DNA of 64,000 nucleotides, taken from assembly GCA_964276515.1 (NCBI GenBank), contig OZ193909.1:13826001-13890000 (forward strand), read 5' to 3'. The notes beneath the pieces are model-generated. The model saw only the letters and a program-made list of their open reading frames with translations, had not been told where the DNA came from and did no database searches. Shown here piece by piece: positions 12,492 through 24,404 of this stretch (position 1 is the stretch's first letter; every line of letters starts with the position of its first letter). The position numbers and the translations under genes were made by a program. The DNA is from Gordius albopunctatus (Eukaryota).

Positions 12492-13000
12492 TAGAGACCT
12501 GCAATGGGTCTTCTTAGGTCAATCGGCACGCCCGTAATAAAAATTTAAAAGCCCGGCCCGGGTCCTTCACAATATTAAACTATAAGCCTGGACCCGGCCC
12601 GCTAAATTTGTACAAAGTCCGAGCCCGGCCCGTAAACTTTTATTTTTTTGTTTGATTTTTTTATCTATATGGTAAACAATATGTATGTGTTAAAAATGTT
12701 AATAAAAATATTGACAAGATAATAAGTTTGTAATTCCCGATCTGATTAAATCTTCTATCTTTTAACAGGCGACCTTAGAGACCGTCACGGGTGACCCGAA
12801 ACCCGACCTGACCCTCGGGTTCGGGTTGAAAATTTCAAAATGTTTTCAGGTCGGGTTCAGGTTGGAAATTTTTAAAATTTGGGTCGGGTCGAATTCGTGT
12901 TTAAAAAAAGTAAGTTTACAGTTCAATAATTTTTCACAAATGGCACTTCGGGATACATAAACTATATAAGCCAAATAGACTTTTAAAACCCTTACCACCA
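12492..13000 (-). mobile_element. hAT element 3' end (TAGAGACCTGCA TIR), degraded
   Basis: TIR plus GGCCC subterminal repeats; same end as 15700-16123 in opposite orientation; remnant of the VLCIP.SAT dimerisation-domain coding sequence. Confidence 0.7.
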
Positions 13001-13974
13001 TTATAGATTTTTAAAATTATTGATAAAAATAAGAAAACAGTGATATTTTACAAAAGTAACTTGAAAAAATAAATCTTAAATTTTGTTTTTAAATTTAGTA
13101 ATGAGTATATTAGTGATGATCAAAACCTAGGTCAGATTTTCCCGAGGTCCAACCTCAGGTCGGTTTTAGGTTCGGGTGTTCAAAAACCGGAATCAACCTG
13201 AAAAACCTTCAGGTCAATTTTATCCCCAACCTGAAACCCAGGTTGACCTCAGGTTAACCTGATAAAAATCTCTTGTTTTATGCGATAAATTTAAGAATAA
13301 ATTTTTATTTTACTTTAACTATTTTCCTTTTTCAAGATGCGTCAAACTTTTTAAATATTTACAATTTTAAATGAAGAAAAAATAGTTTTTGGTTATTATT
13401 TAAAAAAAAATAAGATTTTTTTATATAAAAATTTAATTAATTGTTAAACATGTATATTACTCGATGACGCCATCTATATGTTTATAAATTTTGATAAATA
13501 GATTTTTAAAATTGGCAATGTAATCACAATATTTATAACAATTAATATATATAAGAAATCAATACTATATAAACATAAAATAAAAGCCTAAGTCACTTAC
13601 TGGAAATACCAGGGTTTGGTCTTTTAAGGGAGAACATTTTTTGTATAGAATTCTTCATAATTTACAACTCTTCGCGGCAATCATACGTACATACATACAT
13701 ACAATTTACAATCAATGGTGGAAAATTATAATGTTGGGTGCAATTCGAAAATTAAATTCTAAAAATTGAATGTATATATTATGTTTCCAGACTTTTATAA
13801 GTGTCTCAAAATCTTTTATGCAACTAAACTATAATATTTTAACCCATTTAATCTAATTATTAAACAAAAAAATTGTCAAATTTTGGTCAAGGGGCCAGAA
13901 ACGTCCCACTTTCTGCCCCCTTGGCTACGCGCCTGGTTGCACTGTATACGGAAATAGAACAATAGAAGTAGAAC

Positions 13975-14778
13975 TAAAGCTGTTAAAAGTTCCTTTTAAA
14001 AAGGAACTTGTCAAGTTCCAGTTCCTTTGCCTAGAATGAAACTAGTTCCAGTTCAAGTTCCTTTGCCTAAAATGGAACTAGTTCCAGTTCCTAGTTCCTC
14101 ATTTTAAAAAGGAACTAGTTCCAGTTCCTTTTGAAGTTCCTTTTTTAAATTTTTTTTAATGTACAAAAATCATTTATTAATTCATAAAACCAATATATTA
14201 TATATTATAATTTATAAAAATCATCAGGTAATAAATGTTTATTTGATTTTAAAAAATAATATTTTCAAAGTTGTCATCTAAAAGACATGTTCGCTTGTCA
14301 CCAAATAAAATTTTGCCCAAGCTAAATAATCTTTCCACAGGGGCACTTGATGGTAATGGCGTATTATATTTAATAAATAGTTTTTTTAAATGGGGAAAAC
14401 TGTCTAAAAGACTTAAATTCCGGTTATTAGAAAGCAAAAAACGTTCAATTGATTCATTCTTTTCATCATTTTTTAATCACTCATATCTAAAATGAAAAGA
14501 TTATATATTTAATACTTATAAACTTGCTATTACTAGGAATATGATAAAAATTAAAAACCAATTAAAGGAAATGAACTTTATATAAATTACCATAAGTCTA
14601 AAAATTTATTTAACAAACACTACCGTGAATAAAATACTAAATAATATTTAAATTATAAATTAATTTAAAAAAGTTTAATGCAAACTGAAATTGGCAAAAG
14701 GAACTTAAAAGAAACTTGTGAGTAGTTCCTTTTGCAATAAATTAAGAAAAAAAGGATCTACTCCCTTTAACAACTCTA
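13975..14778 (-). mobile_element. Non-autonomous hAT element with transposase C-terminus
   Basis: taaagctgttaaa / tttaacaactcta TIRs; 8-bp TSD agtagaac/attagaac; encodes [26 protein letters not shown]. Confidence 0.85.
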
Positions 14779-15699
14779 ATTAGAACATATAGACATCAAA
14801 CTTTATTTTTACTTCAATAACCGCTTTATCATCATATATGCCCTAAAATTCCAACATAATTTTATACACCCGGATAAATGTCAAAAAAACGTTTGCCGTA
14901 TAAAAGAAGGTGTTTGTTTTTATAATGTTTTAATTTGTAATTATTTTATGTATATTAAATTAACAAGTAAACTTAAATTTTGTTCCCATCCTAGTTCATT
15001 AATTCATCCATAGTTCAACCCGCATTATAAATGTCAAAGATAAGTTATACACGTGATCCCATGGGCGGAGCCAATTTAAATAGGAGGGGCGCATTTTAAA
15101 TAGGGCAAAAAATGTTCTTTTTATCAGGAATTTTTGGATTTGGAGGGGTGCAGCTGCCCATATTTGCTTCCCCATTTATACCCTCTAGCAATATGGAGCG
15201 AATTAATTTAATATTATTTATAATTATTTTTTATTTAAATTTCTATGCAATTTATGGGCTCTTTTTTGCTTATTCGTCCTGTCCTCTCCAACTTGTAATT
15301 TTTCAATAATTGCCGTGGAAACTTACACAGGTTTTTAATGGCGTAGACTTATGCTTCTGTTAAAGACTTTTGTTTAGCTGACCGCTGATTGGCTTTACTT
15401 TTTTCGACCTCGCCTAAGCTCAAATTCCATTATTGTTTTTGTGCTTGTATGATTACCTTTATTAATAAATTTATTTTGGTTATTTGTCTAGGTTTTTAAT
15501 TTATAACGGATGAATGCAAAACTGGCTAAATAATTCCCTGCAAATTAATGCTGATCGTTGCTAACTTCTACTTTATCTGACCCCGGCAAAATTCCAAAAT
15601 TTATATACTCATTATCATTAACAAATTTAAAAACAAATAAATTTATTTCCTCAAGTTACTTTTATCATTGTTTTCTCATTTTATATCAAACACCTAATT

Positions 15700-16123
15700 A
15701 TTTAAAATGGTGGAAAAGCAAAGAAACTAAGTAGTTTTATTAAAACATTATAACCTTAAATAAGGGTTTGAAAAGTTTATTTGGCTTATATGGTTTTATG
15801 TATCCTGAAGTGCCACTTGTAAAAAAATATTTCATGTAGGGCGTTTATTAAAAGATAGAAGAACTCTACTGACTGGGAATTACCCATTTTTTCTTTTAAA
15901 ACTATTTTTATTAACATTTTTTACACAAACATATTGTTTGCCATATCGATAAAAAAAATTAAACAAAAAATAAAAAATTTTACGGGCCTGGGCCAGGCTT
16001 TGTATAAAATTAGCGGGCCGGGCTCTATCTTATAATTTAATATTTTGACGCGCCCGGGCCGGGCTTTCAAATTTTTATTACGGGCGGGCCGACTGACCTA
16101 AACAGGCCCATTGCAGGTCTCTA
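15700..16123 (+). mobile_element. hAT element 3' end, degraded
   Basis: KWWKSKETK remnant, similar to the transposase at ~41660; ends tgcaggtctcta. Confidence 0.7.
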
Positions 16124-17151
16124 GTATATATATAAATAATCTTACATAATATTAAATTCACTCAATATTGCTAGAGGGCATAAATGGGGAAGCAAGGATG
16201 GGCAGCTGCCCCTCCCCCTCCAAATCAAAAAATTCTTGATCTAAAAATTTTTTGCCCTACCTAAATGCCCTCTAATTTATATTGGCCATGCCCATGGGTC
16301 GTGTTTATATATCTTTACATTTAAACTCAGGACTTTTGCTTTCAAATCCAGAAGTTTCGTATGCAATAGCTCTCCGCCTAGGTATTAAGGTTACCATAGG
16401 ATATCTCTGCAAAAATTGCAATAATGAAATAGATATCTTGGCTCACCACCCACTCCATTGCAAGTTACGCTATGTCCGTCATCAAAAGATAAACCTTTTG
16501 ATTCAATCGGCTTTAAAAAAAGCCGGCACTCCTTCCATTTCCATCCTTGAAACATCCGATCCTTCTTTAGAAGGTAGAATGCGTCCCGACGGAGCTTCTA
16601 TGATCCCCTCGGAGGATGGTAAGTTCCTAGCTTGGGAATTTACCTGCATTGATATCTTCGCGAACTAATAATAATTATAACCCACTTTATTGTGCCAAAG
16701 ATCGTAAAACACTCAAATACCGAGCCATTGCTCATTCTAAAATTTTTATTCCAATAGTAGCTTCCTGTTTGGCTACTTTTGGCAAAAAAGCATTCGCATT
16801 TTTTAAATCGACAGGAAACAGATCACCCAAAGCTATATACTCACCAAGCTTTATTTTACGCCAAAAAATCGGCATTTTGATAGCTAAATATAATTACAAA
16901 TATTGAGTATTGACGAATCTGATCAATAATTTTTTTTATTTATTATATTATTTTATGCTCGTTTCATGTATATTTCATGTATCAATTTTACCTAATGAAA
17001 GCATTTTAACATTAAAAAAAGATATCAACATATCCATAGTTTTGCACAAAGTCCTTTCTAAGTGCTTCATAAGGTGCAATAATCCCGTCAAATACTAAAT
17101 TTAATTAGTTAGCTAGCATATTATACATTTATTTTGAATTAAATTATATTA

Positions 17152-17580
17152 ATTATATCAGAAATTAGTAAATAAATTGCAGGTTAATGATATAATTTAG
17201 AAGATAATAACAACCCTTTCAGGAGTGCCCGCAATTAAATTAAAAGAATACTCTAATTAGCACCATCTATGGGCAATTTTAATTAGAGACTAATTTGAAC
17301 TATGTATATCCCTATCTTTTTTACTATGTGACTCGAAAATGATAACAGACATATAACGTTTGCGCTCTTATTAGAGCTCATCAGTATGCCAAAGTTAATT
17401 TTCTATTCACACACTAAGCGAGATAAGTATATATAATGCACAAATTAGATTTAATCCATTCTCATGGAGGCTATGAAATAACCCCCATAATTATGGTAGT
17501 AATAATTATTTTGTTTTATTATATTAGAAATTAGTAAATAAATTGCAGGTTAATGACATAATTTATTATCTTCTAAATTG
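17152..17580 (-). mobile_element. Penelope-like pseudo-LTR repeat containing a hammerhead motif
   Basis: ~47-bp direct repeat at 17152 and 17518, a short inverted tail, and a hammerhead core inside. Confidence 0.5.
17348..17390 (-). ncRNA. Minimal type I hammerhead ribozyme with one core substitution
   Basis: GGCAUA-CUGAUGA-GCUC(UAAUAA)GAGC-GCAA-ACGU-UA-UAUGUC. Confidence 0.7.
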
Positions 17581-18472
17581 TTATTAATTAGTTTTAAATA
17601 TAGAAGCTACTTGAATGTTATGTAACAAAACTAATATAGCATGAAATGCAAAATAGAAAAGCTCCATCATAAGTGCAATGATTAAATAAATATTGAATGA
17701 CACAATTCCCATATACGGATTAAGGCCATCTAATTATATTTTGCCATTTTTTTTAAATACTAAGAATCAATATTTAGAAAAAAATTATTATTTTTTTATA
17801 AATGCCCCTATGTATTCGGTTTAAATTTAATATAAATTCCAGAATCTTTTTGGCCCGTTTGACCCATTGTGAAACTTTTTTGCCTCGCCCACTATATTTT
17901 TATTCTTTTAGAAGCATGTCGGTAACCGTCCGCCGGCGTGCAGATCTCTAATATGTTTTTATATTAGAAAAGTTTGAATAGCGTTTGATGATGCAGTGGC
18001 TTAGCTAGGGAGAGTTCGAAGGGGCCAAGCCCCTTCCCACAAAAACAAAGCTTAACTTGTTTCTAAACCTTTACCTCAACATTAATTAAATAGATATGGT
18101 GTATTTAATTTATATTTAAGCAAATTACTCAATAAATTTAATGCCATATTTTTGCGCATTTTTTCGAAAATTAGACACCATTTAAATTTGGTCTTAATAG
18201 CAATCCTACTTCTGCAAATAATATTTTGGTGCAGACTGCTTCAATCTCAACTACCATGTAGGACTTAGGGACATGCATTATATATTACAAACAAGAAATT
18301 GTTGAACCCCTGTGCTGTAAAATGAGGGAGGAAACTATAATCAGTATCTAGAATTGGGCATGATCATCCCTAGGGATAAGGAAAATAGAAAAATCTCGAT
18401 CTCATCTCAACTCGTCACGGAAAACAGTGACGAGATGAAAAAGTAAAAAATTGACGTTTTGAGAATCCTGAT

Positions 18473-19493
18473 TAGAGATCTGCACGGGCAGGCCCGGCCC
18501 GCAGACGGGCCTTGTATCATAAAAATTTCAACGGCCCCGCTCCGGACGGACTTAACAATTAATGGAACGGGCTCTGTCGGGCCTGAGATTTTTTTAACGG
18601 GCTTGAAAGGGTCTGACGTCTTGAAACGGGCTTGAACGGGCCAGAGATTATATAAACGGCCAGGGAATTACAAAGGTCTTTAAGAGTCAGACAATTATAT
18701 AAATATATGATTTTTATTAATTATATAGATTATTAATTTTCCATATTTTTTAAACTCTAATTTTGTATATCCTCTAGCATTCACTCCCTTTTCAAGCGCT
18801 AAATTTAACTTTGAAACATTTTTATTCTATGTGCTATAGTTTTCATTTTATAAGTTCAATTACTTAGTTACAATGTAATAAAATTTTTGTGTTTAATTTT
18901 ATCACAAATTTTACTGGTATAATTATTATTAGGGCCAAATAATTTAATAAATAATTTTTTTCTAATCTAAAAATTAGGTGCATTAACTGATATAAAATAA
19001 TCAAATCAATGTAAACTTCTTATTTAAAGTTAAATACTCTCATGTAATTTTATTAAAGTTTTTTAATTTAATGGTAATACTAATCCTAACTTCTTAGGTT
19101 ATCAAATAAAAGTAAACTGTTGAAAGTGGAATACTAGCATATAATATTTTAAAGTAATTTAAGCACTATTTTGAAATTCTTTAGTGGTATTAAATGCAGA
19201 AATAATTGAAGATTTATTATTTTTACATGATAATTATTGATGTATTTTTATGAATATGTCAATAAATAAAATTTTGTGTTTTGATAGGCCGTGGGCGGGG
19301 TTCTTTAAAAAAATGCCGGTTTTGGCTGGCCTGTTTTTAAACGGGTACGAACGGGCCTAAAAAATTTATGTACGGGCTCGGATGGGCCTGAGGTGTTGAG
19401 AAAAAATTACGGGCGGGCCCAGACGGGCCTTGAAGTTTTAAAAACGGGTACGGGCGGGCCGACATTCTAAAAACGGCCCGTTGCTGATCTCTA
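18473..19493. mobile_element. hAT-type MITE
   Basis: tagagatctgca / tgctgatctcta TIRs, 8-bp TSD atcctgat/atcctaat, acgggc subterminal repeats. Confidence 0.9.
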
Positions 19494-19629
19494 ATCCTAA
19501 TCATAATATACTAAATTTAGTTATGTATTTGAACTTTGTGTGGACTATGCATTTTTCGCCATTTATCTTTTCGCTTTATACCAGTAGGGTTGCCAAATGG
19601 ATATATGCTAAGTTTAATGTAAATGTTAT

Positions 19630-19703
19630 CCCCTGCAAATCAGCTCTCCTACGTCCTCGTCGTGTAGGGGGGACAACAGATTCTAATATCTGGCTAAAGG
19701 AGA
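19630..19703 (+). ncRNA. HDV-like self-cleaving ribozyme at the RTE 5' end
   Basis: P1 CCCCUGC/GUAGGGG, P2 UCUCCU/AGGAGA, P3 ACG/CGU, L3 UCCUCGU, P1.1 GG, P4 CAGAU/AUCUG, J4/2 GCUAA. Confidence 0.9.
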
Positions 19704-21890
19704 AACGGTCCGGACTGCTGAAAATGTTAAAGTTCCACTGCTCCAGACCTTTCCATACTTAGATTCGTTTATATAGAAAGCTTTCAAAAAGATGGTCCTT
19801 TAGAACTCACCCTCTAAAGCAAAACGACTCAAACCCCTGCGATCTGGGGTCAGAATAGGATCTCCGCTCCTTGCGAGTCGTACAAACCGACGAAGAGGTT
19901 GGCGCCAGGAAGAGCATCCGGCTGTAAAAACTGCTCCAACCCCCTATGAATACAAAGACAAATGGGCGGGGTACAGCCCTAAGTATCCCGTGGGTTAACT
20001 CATCGACCTACGTCAAAAAGAAAGATGAGGATCCAAGCCAAATCGTTTTGGGAACTCAGCAAGGACTTCCTCCTCATGATAGTCATCGACTTGAAAATAT
20101 TCGAGGAGGCCGGTCTAAAGGCGAGACGCTAAGGGTTGCAACCTGGAACATAGGGAGCATGACGGGAAGAGCGGGCGAGGTAGTGGAAGCACTTAATCGG
20201 AGAAGGATATATATATGTTGCATACAGGAGATAAGATGGAAAGGAGAGGGTGCTAGGATGATGGGAGCCATTGGTGCGCTGTATAAATTCTACTGGCAAG
20301 GGCACAAGGATGGAAGAGCGGCATATGGATACTTGTCGCTGAGAAATGGGTGGACAAAGTTATCGATATCAAGCGATGTAACAACCGGATCATAGCTATT
20401 AAGATGGCGATTGAAGAAAGGCTATACAACGTTATATCGGCCTACGCTTCTCAAGTAGGAAGAAGCGATGAAGAGAAAGACATTTTCTGGGATCGTCTGA
20501 TGGAAATTACTTCCCACCTCCACCCTAGAGAATCTATTATATTAGGCGGGGATCTAAATGAACAAGTTGGCGCGAATATCGATGGTTACGAAGGGGTTCA
20601 TGGTAGTCACAGCTATGGAACCAGGAATACGGAGGGGGAATGCATATTGGATTTTGGGGACGCTACTCAGATGGTTATATGCAATACTTTCTTCAAGAAA
20701 GAAGACAGTAAGCTTATAACCTATGAATCGGGTACCCTCAAAAGTACCGTCGACTATATGATGGTCAAAAAATCGGATAGATGTATGATGAAAAACGTCA
20801 AGGTTGTCCCTGGGGAAGAATTCGTGACACAACACCGTCTTATCGTTGGGGATCTCGTAATGAAGGGGCTTATAAATCCAAAGAAGCGCTATATCCCGAG
20901 GCTCAAGGTGTGGTGCTTGAAAGATGGTACTCAAAAGAGGGATTTTGCCAAAGCACTTGATGGAACCTCAGTTGCGATGGCGAAAAACGTAAACGACAAA
21001 TAGACGGCTATGAAGAATGCTTGGCTTTACACAACAGCGCGCGTTGGTGGTTGGACAAAGGGGCCCCCAAGACATAAGGAAACTTGGTGGTGGAACTCTG
21101 AGGCGGCGAAAGCTATTGAAGATAAATAGCGTTGCTATAAAGTCTGGCATGAATCCCAACAAAGATGCGATATGGTTACCTATCAAGAGGCTAAAAGAAT
21201 TGCAAGAAGGACCGTCGCCAGAATAAAGGAAACAAAAAGATGCGAGCTTTCTGGACGCCTTGACTCAGAGGAAGGGAAGGAAAACATGTTTCGTGTAGCT
21301 AAACAAATTGCGAAAGAAAGACTTGATGTTGTGGCGGTTAAATGCGTTAAAACTCCTGCGGGTAACATCATCTCCCATGGCGATGGAATCCAAAAGGTTT
21401 GGAAAGACTACATGAAACGACTCTTAAATGAAGAGAATACCTGGGACAATGACGTCGATTGCGATAAAGTGGAGGGACCCTGCTGTTGGATTGGGACGGA
21501 CGAAATTCAGCATTCCATAAAGAAAATGAAACAAGGTAAAGCGGCAGGCCCAACAGGAATAGTGGCGGAAATGGTAAAAGCTTCTGGACATTTTGGAGTC
21601 GTTTGGCCTACACAGCTGTGTAATGCCATAATCCAGCAAGTGACTATACCTAGCGACTGGAAAAAGAGTGTCCTTTTACCAATATACAAAGTAAAAGGTG
21701 ATCCACTTGACTGCGGATCATATCGGGCTATTAAGCTCCTTCACCAAACTATGAAAGTTATTGAGAGGGTGCTCGAGAAAAGAATCCGGGAACAAACGAA
21801 CATCGACGCAATGCAGTTGGGATTTAAACCAGGGAAAGGGACCACCGATGCCATCTTTATAGTACGACAGATGCAAGAAAAAGATCAAGC

Positions 21891-22129
21891 TATTTAAATT
21901 AGAAATAATAGAATAAAATTAGAAATAATCAACTCATAATAAGATCATTTTATTGATACTAAGGTCGGGGTGGGGAAACTAAAGAACAAAATATAAATTA
22001 TTAGGATAACAATGAAAACATATGTTAATTACCAACTCGGATTTGGGTTACAATATTAAAATATATAATTATAGCAATAATATAATCTGTAGAAAATGAT
22101 ATACAAATATACGTATTACATATACAACA
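21891..22129 (-). mobile_element. Probable solo LTR inserted in the RTE RT domain
   Basis: 5-bp TSD CAAGC; TATT...AACA termini (degenerate TG..CA); AATAAA on the minus strand. Confidence 0.7.
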
Positions 22130-24404
22130 CAAGCAAACGACTATAATATGCCTTCGTAGACCTAGAGAAAGCGTTTGACCGTGTGCCGCGGGAAGTTGTA
22201 AAATGGGCTCTTAGAAAAACAGGTGTGGAAGAATGGTTGGTTACGGCTGTAATAGCTATGTATGACGAATCTCAAACGGCAGTGTGGACCTATGATGGCG
22301 ATAGCGAAAGCTTTGAAGTGAAGGTTGGGCTACACCAAGGTTCCGTTTTAAGCCCTCTATTTTCATACTCGTAATGGAGGTGGTGACAAAACAACTGCGA
22401 GAAGGACTCCCATGGGAACTTTTATACGCCGATGATCTCTTGATAATGGCTGAGAGTGAGGCTGATCTCTCTACAAAGATACTAAAATGGAAAAACGGAA
22501 TGGAGGAAAAGGGCTTAAAAGTTAACATGGGAAAAACAAAGGTGATGTTTGGCGGGAAAAGTATGAAGAGCGCCGAGGCAACTTGCACCTGGCCCTGTAG
22601 CGTATGTTACAAAGGAGTGGCTAGCAACTCTATACAATGCACAAAATGCCTAGGATGGGTCCACAAAAAATGTAGCGGTGTGAAAGGAAGCCTCTTATTG
22701 GCAAGTCGTACGTTTAGCTGCAAGCCTTTGCAACAGGACCACTACCGGATAATGCCATAACCGACTTTAACATCTATAATGGGGAGAGGAAAAGTTAACA
22801 CCTTTACCTACCTCGGGACTCTTTAAGTGCAGATGGGAATGTTGACTCGGCAGTTACAGCAAGGATACGACAAGCCTGGAAGAAGTTTAGAGAGATGGCC
22901 CCTCTTTTGACCGGAAAAGGTGTTTCACTCACTTTAAAGGGTAAAGTATACGCGGCATGTATTAGAAGTTGTCTTGTATATGGAAGTGAAACGTGGCCAT
23001 TAATGTCGATACATAAAGTCAAACTGGAAAGCACAGAAATGCGTATGATAAGATGGATGTCAAATGTGTCGCTACGGGAAAGATTAACAAGCAATAAACT
23101 CAGAGAAAGAATCGGGATCGAGCCAATCAACGAGGTCATCCGGAAAAACAGGCTAAGATGGTTTGGAAATGTGGAGCGGAAGAATGACGACGACTGGGTG
23201 AAGAGATGTACTTCCATGGAGGTATCTGGAAATAAACCGCGCGGGAGGCCAAAATCAACATGGGCGTCTGTTCTCGCTAACGACATGGAAAAAATGGGCC
23301 TGACAAAACACGATTGTCACGATCAGATACAATGGAGGAAATGCATTAGGGGAAAACAGGCCAACCCAGGAGATCATGGAAAATGGCTTTAAAACGACAA
23401 AGAAGAAGAATGTAAATGTGACATTTTTTTGATACATTAAAATTTTAGCTGTTAAGTTACTTCTCCACGGTAACTATTTTGTTACAGTTACTTTCAAAAA
23501 AATGTAACTAATTACAATTACATTTTTTCAAAGTGACTGAACACAGTTCCAGTTACTTACCTGATGGAACTAGTTACATTAAAAGTTACCCGGGTAAATT
23601 AAGAAAAAACAATTTTTTCAATATAATTTATTCACTTATTAGAGTAAAAATTACAGGGTCGATTTTTATAAAACATCATATTCTATTGTCGTCTAATAAG
23701 CTTGTTCGCTTTGCTCTAAAAATTAGTTTAACACACATAATAAAATCAATCGGATTAGTTATACATAATCAAGCGTTATAAAAAAACATTAACATTTTAA
23801 ACACATTAAAATTTAACTATGGCTAAGAATAAATTAAGAGGACGGCTTCTCAAGGGTTTATAATTCTTTATTTCAAACTTAATTGGGTTTAATACCTACA
23901 CAAAAAAGTTGTAAGTAGGAGTAACAAATAAATACATAAATTTGATTCCAATTTATTGCCCATTAACTATGATTTGATATTTTACAATTACTTCACAAAT
24001 CATATTTTAAACAAGAGACGCGATAAGAAAATAGTGATAAACAAATTAAACGTATTCATGGTAACAAAAAAGTGCTACAAAGCTAACAATCAACGTTTCA
24101 ATTTGCTAAAAATAAAAGTGGGAATGAATCCGGTATAAAATATTTGATATATTATCCTGAATCGCTAACAGATGTCCGTCTATTTTGATTTCTCGATGAA
24201 ATGCCAAGTGTCAACTGTGTTATTAAAGCATATGTATAATTATATAAAAATATATGTAGGCGCTTGTTAACAGTTCAGGTGGAAAGGCATTAAAGTTGTG
24301 ATTGTAAATTTAAGCAGCTTTATACAACTTTTGAAATGTTGAACAAAATAATATAAGTTTTGTTAATTTTTTTTATTATAAAATCATAATTATATAAATA
24401 AGCA

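Larger units (their letters stand above)
12150..16906 (+). mobile_element. CRE-like non-LTR retrotransposon 3' part (Zn knuckle plus restriction-like endonuclease), interrupted by nested DNA elements 12492-16305
   Basis: WLQATLPTKFG at ~12260; CxxC..H..HC, RHQKIN, RPDG, LAWEFTC and LRQKIGILI at 16300-16900. Confidence 0.7.
19627..23408 (+). mobile_element. Full-length RTE-clade LINE (APE endonuclease plus RT), disabled by stops, frameshifts and an insertion
   Basis: ATWNIG, CIQE, GGDLN and TQHRL endonuclease motifs; FVDLEKAFD, LHQGSVLSP and YADD RT motifs; (AAG)n tail; 11-bp TSD aatgtaaatgt at 19616-19626 and 23409-23419. Confidence 0.95.

Noticed and set aside
12492..16123. A single 3.6-kb hAT element bounded by TAGAGACCTGCA inverted repeats
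   Set aside because: No 8-bp TSD, and both ends carry the same 3' subterminal and dimerisation-domain remnant, so these are two opposed copies of one end.
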